Part shown: one piece after another, positions 58,310-64,000 of the stretch | Layout of the letters: each line of letters begins with the position of its first letter | How positions within the stretch are numbered: the stretch's first letter is position 1 | From: Macrostomum lignano | Lineage: Eukaryota | Reading direction: 5' to 3' | Length of the DNA stretch: 64,000 nucleotides | NCBI GenBank assembly: GCA_002269645.1 | Contig: NIVC01000211.1 | Location: forward strand, 372,001-436,000 | The notes under the pieces: model-generated | Told to the model about the DNA's origin: nothing | What the model saw: the letters and a program-made list of their open reading frames with translations, nothing else | Databases searched by the model: none | Position numbers and translations under genes: made by a program

Positions 58310-59885
58310 TCTCTGTCTCTCTTGTCATCTCACTCTCGAAATGCCCCCCTTCTACCGTTCTCTTCTCAAGCTCACTATACCTCTGTCCTCATCTCCCTCT
58401 CTCTCATCTCCCTCTCTCTCATCTCCCTCTCTCTCATCTCCCTCTCTCTCATCATCTCACTCTCGATATGCCCCCCTTCTACCGTTCTCTTCTCAAGCTC
58501 ACTATACCTCTGTCCTCATCTCCCTCTCTCTCATCTCCCTCTCTCTCATCTCCCTCTCTCTCATCTCCCTCTCTCTCATCTCCCTCCCTCTCTCTCATCT
58601 CCCTCTCTCTCATCTCCCTCTCTCTCATCTCCCTCTCTCTCATCTCCCTCTCTCTCATCTCCCTCTCTCTCATCTCCCTCCCTCTCTCTCATCTCCCTCT
58701 CTCTCATCTCCCTCTCTCTCATCTCCCTCCCTCTCATCTCCCTCTCTCTCATCTCCCTCTCTCTCATCTCCCTCCCTCTCTCTCATCTCCCTCTCTTCAT
58801 CTCCCTCTCTCTCATCTCCCTCCCTCTCATCTCCCTCTCTCTCATCTCCCTCCCTCTCTCTCATCTCCCTCTCTCTCATCTCCCTCTCTCTCATCTCCCT
58901 CTGAGATCTCCCTCTCTCTCATCTCCCTCTCTCATCTCCCTCTCTCTCATCTCCCTCCCTCTCTCTCATCTCCCTCTCTCTCATCTCCCTCTCTCTCATC
59001 TCCCTCTCTCTCATCTCCCTCTCTCTCATCTCCCTCCCTCTCATCTCCCTCTCTCTCATCTCCCTCTCTCTCATCTCCCTCCCTCTCTCTCATCTCCCTC
59101 TCTCTCATCTCCCTCTGAGATCTCCCTCTCTCTCATCTCCCTCTCTCATCTCCCTCTCTCTCATCTCCCTCCCTCTCTCTCATCTCCCTCTCTCTCATCT
59201 CCCTCTCTCTCATCTCCCTCTCTCTCATCTCCCTCTCTCTCATCTCCCTCCCTCTCATCTCCCTCTCTCTCATCTCCCTCTCTCTCATCTCCCTCTCTCT
59301 CATCTCACTCTCTCTCATCTCCCTCCCTCTCTCTCATCTCCCTCTCTCTCATCTCCCTCTCTCTCATCTCCCTCTCTCTCATCTCCCTCTCTCTCATCTC
59401 CCTCCCTCTCATCTCCCTCTCTCTCATCTCCCTCTCTCTCATCTCCCTCTCTCTCATCTCCCTCTCTCTCATCTCCCTCTCTCTCATCTCCCTCTCTCTC
59501 TCTCATCTCCCTCTCTCTCATCTCCCTCTCTCTCATCTCCCTCCCTCTCTCTCATCTCCCTCTCTCTCATCTCCCTCCCTCTCTCTCATCTCCCTCTCTC
59601 TCATCTCCCTCTCTCTCATCTCCCTCTCTCTCATCTCCCTCCCTCTCTCTCATCTCCCTCTCTTCATCTCTCTCTCTCATCTCCCTCTCTTCATCTCCCT
59701 CTCTCTCATCTCCCTCCCTCTCTCTCATCTCCCTCCCTCTCTCTCATCTCCCTCTCTTCATCTCCCTCTCTCTCATCTCACTCTCTCTCATCTCCCTCTC
59801 TCTCATCTCCCTCCCTCTCTCTCATCTCCCTCTCTCTCATCTCCCTCTGAGATCTCCCTCTCTCTCATCTCCCTCTCTCTGATCT

Positions 59886-59943
<58 letters not shown>

Positions 59944-60130
59944 TCCCTCTCTCTCACCCTCTCTCTCATCTCCCCCTCTCTTATATCTCATCTTCTTCTC
60001 TACATTCTCCCTCTCTTATCTCCCCCTCTCTCATCTCCCCCTCTCTTACCCCCCTCTCTCATCCCTCTCATCCTCTCATCTTTATCTTCCTCTCCTGTAT
60101 TTCTCGCTCTGCATCTTCATCTCCTCAAAA
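58310..60130 (+). repeat. Polypyrimidine low-complexity array (catctccctctctct-like)
   Basis: About 1.8 kb almost exclusively C/T on +. Confidence 0.95.
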
Positions 60131-60317
60131 TTTCTCTTTATATATCACTCCGGCCATTACCTATTGAACACATTTACGTACACCAGTCACATTGTTAGGT
60201 ACCGCTTGAATACTAGGCTTCTACTATAGAGTTAAAAGACAAACGATAGCTCAACCTTTGTTGATAAAAAATCAACGGATGAAATTTTGATAATTGATTT
60301 TTTATGAGCGCCGCATC

Positions 60318-63300
60318 ATGTCCATGACAGCTACAGAACGTCAGTCCTTTTCATTGAGTCAGCAATCTGTGCTACTGTCCACTTTGCTTCTTCTTCTTTT
60401 AGTAGCAGAAATTCCCTGCCCAGTTCGGGCCACCAGTCTGGTACAATTGCAGCTGGTATTTCGTCACGGCATCAGAAATCCAATTCGCATGCCCCCGAGT
60501 GACCCGTACGCTAGCAGGTACAATGCGACTCTGGGTCAGCTCACTCCGGCAGGGGCCAAGCAGATGCGGGACTTGGGTCGCTTTGTTCGGGCCTACTATG
60601 CTGATCAGGGGGTGCTGCCCGAGCGCTATGACCCCAATGTGGTGAGTGTGGGGCTCTAGTGTCTGTAATGTGCATCCTCTGAACTGGCATCTACCTGGAT
60701 GCTTAGTTGCTGGGCAGCCAGCCTCCCAGATCCTCAGTTGCTGGGCAGCCAGCCTCCCAGATCCTCAGTTGCTGGGCCAGCCTCCCAGATCCTCAGTTGC
60801 TGGGCAGCCAGCCTCCCAGATCCTCAGTTGCTGGGCCAGCCTCCCAGATCCTCAGTTGCTGGGCAGCCAGCCTCCCAGATCCTCAGTTGCTGGGCCAGCC
60901 TCCCAGATCCTCAGTTGCTGGGCCAGCCTCCCGGATCCTCAGTTGCTGGGCCAGCCTCCCAGATCCTCAGTTGCTGGGCCAGCCTCCCAGATCCTCAGTT
61001 GCTGGGCCAGCCTCCCGGATCCTCAGTTGCTGGGCAGCCAGCCTCTCAGATCCTCAGTTGCTGGACCAGCCTCCCAGATCCTCAGTTGCTGGGCCAGCCT
61101 CCCGGATCCTCAGTTGCTGGGCAGCCAGCCTCCCAGATCCTCAGTTGCTGACCCAGCCTCCCAGATCCTCAGTTGCTGAGCCAGCCTCCCCGATCCTCAG
61201 TTGCTGGGCCAGCCTCCTAGATCCTCAGTTGCTGGGCAGCCAGCCTCCCAGATCCTCAGTTGCTGGGCCAGCCTCCCAGATCCTCAGTTGCTGGGCCAGC
61301 CTCCTCGATCTTCAATTGCTGGGCCAGCCTCCCAGATTCTCTGCAGTTGCTATCTATATGTCAATCTATATGTCAAATCCTAAAATGAGTCCCTAATCAT
61401 CCTTAAGTGCTGAAAAACTCCCCAATTGCAGATGTGGGCCTACAGCACGGACACAGATCGCACGCTGGCTTCCTGTCAGGCATTTTTATCTGGTCTGTTC
61501 CCCAACCAGTCGCCAGGCGCTAATCTAAGCCGTAACGGAAGCTCCGTTGCCTCCGCCGGGACTCCCATACCGATCCACTCCGCCCCAAAAAAGAGCGATG
61601 TTTTAAAGCCTACTGGGTAAGCAATATTAAAGCTGCATGTCGCCTTATATCACTGAAATAGTTTGATTAAAATTATTGCATATTTATCTTAGTATGTTGT
61701 TAAGGGGTGCCACATGATTGTTGAGAGTGCCAGATAATTGTTGAGAATGCCAGATGATTGTTGAGAATGCCAGATGATTGTTGAGAATGCCAGATGATTG
61801 TTGAGAATGCCAGATGATTGTTTAGAGTGCCAGATGATTGTTTAGACTGCCAGATGATTGTTTAGAGTGCCAGATGATTGTTTAGAGTGCCAGATGATTG
61901 TTTAGACTGCCAGATGATTGTTTAGAGTGCCAGATGATTGTTTAGACTGCCAGATGATTGTTTAGACTGCCAGATGATTGTTTAGAGTGCCAGATGATTG
62001 TTTAGACTGCCAGATGATTGTTTAGAGTGCCAGATGATTGTTTAGAGTGCCAGATGATTGTTTAGAGTGCCAGATGATTGTTTAGAGTGCCAGATGATTG
62101 TTTAGACTGCCAGATGATTGTTTAGAGTGCCAGATGATTGTTTAGACTGCCAGATGATTGTTTAGACTGCCAGATGATTGTTTAGACTGCCAGATGATTG
62201 TTTAGAGTGCCAGATGATTGTTTAGACTGCCAGATGATTGTTTAGAGTGCCAGATGATTGTTTAGAGTGCCAGATGATTGTTTAGAGTGCCAGATGATTG
62301 TTTAGACTGCCAGATGATTGTTTAGAGTGCCAGATGATTGTTTAGAGTGCCAGATGATTGTTTAGACTGCCAGATGATTGTTTAGACTGCCAGATGATTG
62401 TTTAGAGTGCCAGATGATTGTTTAGACTGCCAGATGATTGTTTAGACTGCCAGATGATTATTAAGAGTGCCAGATGATTATTGAGACTGCCAGATGATTG
62501 TTTAGAGTGCCAGATGATTGTTTAGACTGCCAGATGATTGTTTAGACTGCCAGATGATTGTTTAGAGTGCCAGATGATTGTTCAGAGTGCCAGGTGATAG
62601 GTGAGAGTGCCAGATGATTGTTTAGAGTGCCAGATGATTGTTGAGAGTGCCGGATGATTGTTGAGAGTGCCAGATGATTGTTGAGAGTGCCAGATAATTG
62701 TTGAGAGTGCCGGATGATTGTTGAGAGTGCCAGATGATTGCTGAGAGTGCCAGCTGATTGTTGAGAGTGCCAGATGATAGGTGAGAGTGATGGATCATGA
62801 TTAAGGAATCTTACTTTAGTTTCTGTGTTTAAAACAATTATTTCCATTTGACATCTCTACAGAATATTCACTGTTCGTACTTTTACAACACTGATTGAGA
62901 AGCATTGCATTGATTTTTTTTAGATGCGCTCCTTTGAACGTTGCGCAGTCGGAATTCATTAAAGAGGCTTTGCTAAAATAGCCTCTAGAATTTGCCATTC
63001 TGTTTGCGAGTTATATTCAGTTAGTTTGAGCACACAGATAAAGAGACGTTATGCTTTGTAAATGCTTTGATTTTTGTCAAAAGAGGATTCCCTTAAAAGG
63101 TCCCTAGAGTCTGTCTATTGCAATTTTAAATGTTCTCATTCGATTTGTGAATTGTGAACTTCTTCTGAGGGATTAATTATCGAATTCTCCACCCTGAGAT
63201 TTGCCTCAGGAACCTCACCCAACACTGAGATTCGCCCTAGAATCTCACCCTGAGATTCGCCCTAGAATCTCACCCTGAGATTCGCCCTAGAACTCACCCT

Positions 63301-64000
63301 GAGATTCGCCCTAAAATCTCACTCTGAGATTAGCTCTAAAATCTCACCATGAGATTAGCTCTAAAATCTCACTCTGTGATTAGCTCTAAAATCTCACCAT
63401 GAGATTAGCTCTAAAATCTCACCATGAGATTAGCTCTAAAATCTCACCCAGAGATTCGCCCCAGAATCTCACCCTGGGATTCGGCCTAGAATCTCACCCA
63501 GAGATTCGCCCTAGAATCTCACCCTGGGATTCGGCCTAGAATCTCACCCACCCTGAGATTCGCCTCAGAATCTCACCCACCCTGAGATTCGCCCTAGAAT
63601 CTCACCCTGGGATTCGGCCTGGAATCTCACCCACCCTGAGATTCGCCTCAGAATCTCACCCACCCTGAGATTCGCCCTAGAATCTCACCCTGGGATTCGG
63701 CCTGGAATCTCACCCACCCTGAGATTCGCCTCAGAATCTCACCCATCCTGAGATTCGCTCTAAAGTCTCACTCTGAGATTCGCTAATGTCTTCATTAAAT
63801 GATTCCAGCTACACCTGCCCAGCCCGAGATCAGCTCATTAAAGCCACCACAACCGGCGCAGCTTATCGAGCCGAGGAGAATCGAGCTCGCGACTTTCTCA
63901 AGCGTTTAGCCTCGGCAACGGGCAAGCAGTCGTTCAGTTTGTCAGATGCCTGGACTCTGGGGAGTGCCGCAGAGATGTGGCTTGGGATGGGCCTGCGGCT
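60318..64000 (+). CDS. Second histidine acid phosphatase paralogue, 3'-incomplete (exons 60318-60641, 61432-61616, 63809->64000)
   Basis: Hydrophobic signal, RHGIRNP, GQLTPAGAKQMRDLG, YSTDTDRTLASCQAFLSGLFP, PIPIHSAP, then GYTCPARDQL...FLKRLASATG. Introns GT-AG in phases 0 and 2; last exon open to the window end. Confidence 0.85.
60705..61340. repeat. 28/32-bp intronic minisatellite (cagcctcccagatcctcagttgctgggc)
   Basis: Fills intron 1 of phosphatase 2. Confidence 0.95.
61715..62785. repeat. 20-bp intronic minisatellite (aga(g/c)tgccagatgattgttt)
   Basis: Intron 2 of phosphatase 2. Confidence 0.95.
63190..63785. repeat. ~25-29-bp intronic minisatellite (ccctgagattcgccctagaatctca) with internal palindrome
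   Basis: tgagattc...gaatctca dyad in each unit; ends just before the acceptor at 63808. Confidence 0.9.

Noticed and set aside
56350-60229. Long Leu/Ser/Pro ORFs (490, 455 and 635 aa)
   Set aside because: Stop-free translations of polypyrimidine strands with no start context or domain content.

Overview
Repeat-rich eukaryotic (metazoan invertebrate) genomic DNA; the mix of spliceosomal introns filled with private minisatellites, tRNA-derived SINEs and mariner suggests a free-living flatworm such as Macrostomum, but this is only an inference. Five host genes were reconstructed by hand on the + strand with consistent GT-AG splice phases: a PLEKHB/evectin-like PH-domain protein, a serine racemase-like PLP enzyme, a flavin amine oxidase (PAOX/LSD1-like fold), and two tandem histidine acid phosphatases (the second runs off the window). 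The interval 12223-39361 is a 27-kb nest of DNA transposons whose boundaries are fixed by target-site duplications: a Mutator-like MITE (9-bp TSD) contains a PHD/FLYWCH-type element (8-bp TSD). That element contains a Sola2-like element (4-bp TSD) and an 18.9-kb element at 15593-34451 (8-bp TSD GTTTTCGG) with multi-kilobase terminal inverted repeats built largely from a 34-bp minisatellite. The giant element carries a spliced KDZ (Kyakuja-Dileera-Zisupton) transposase gene with a few lesions and, convergently, an apparently intact five-exon HMG-box gene; this is the main discovery. Other observations include an inverted, TSD-marked split PHD finger (possible autointegration footprint), a RIP-like CpA>TpA decay gradient, two SINE families, two LINE fragments and a Helitron-like fragment. 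No database searches were run; family assignments rest on motif recognition.
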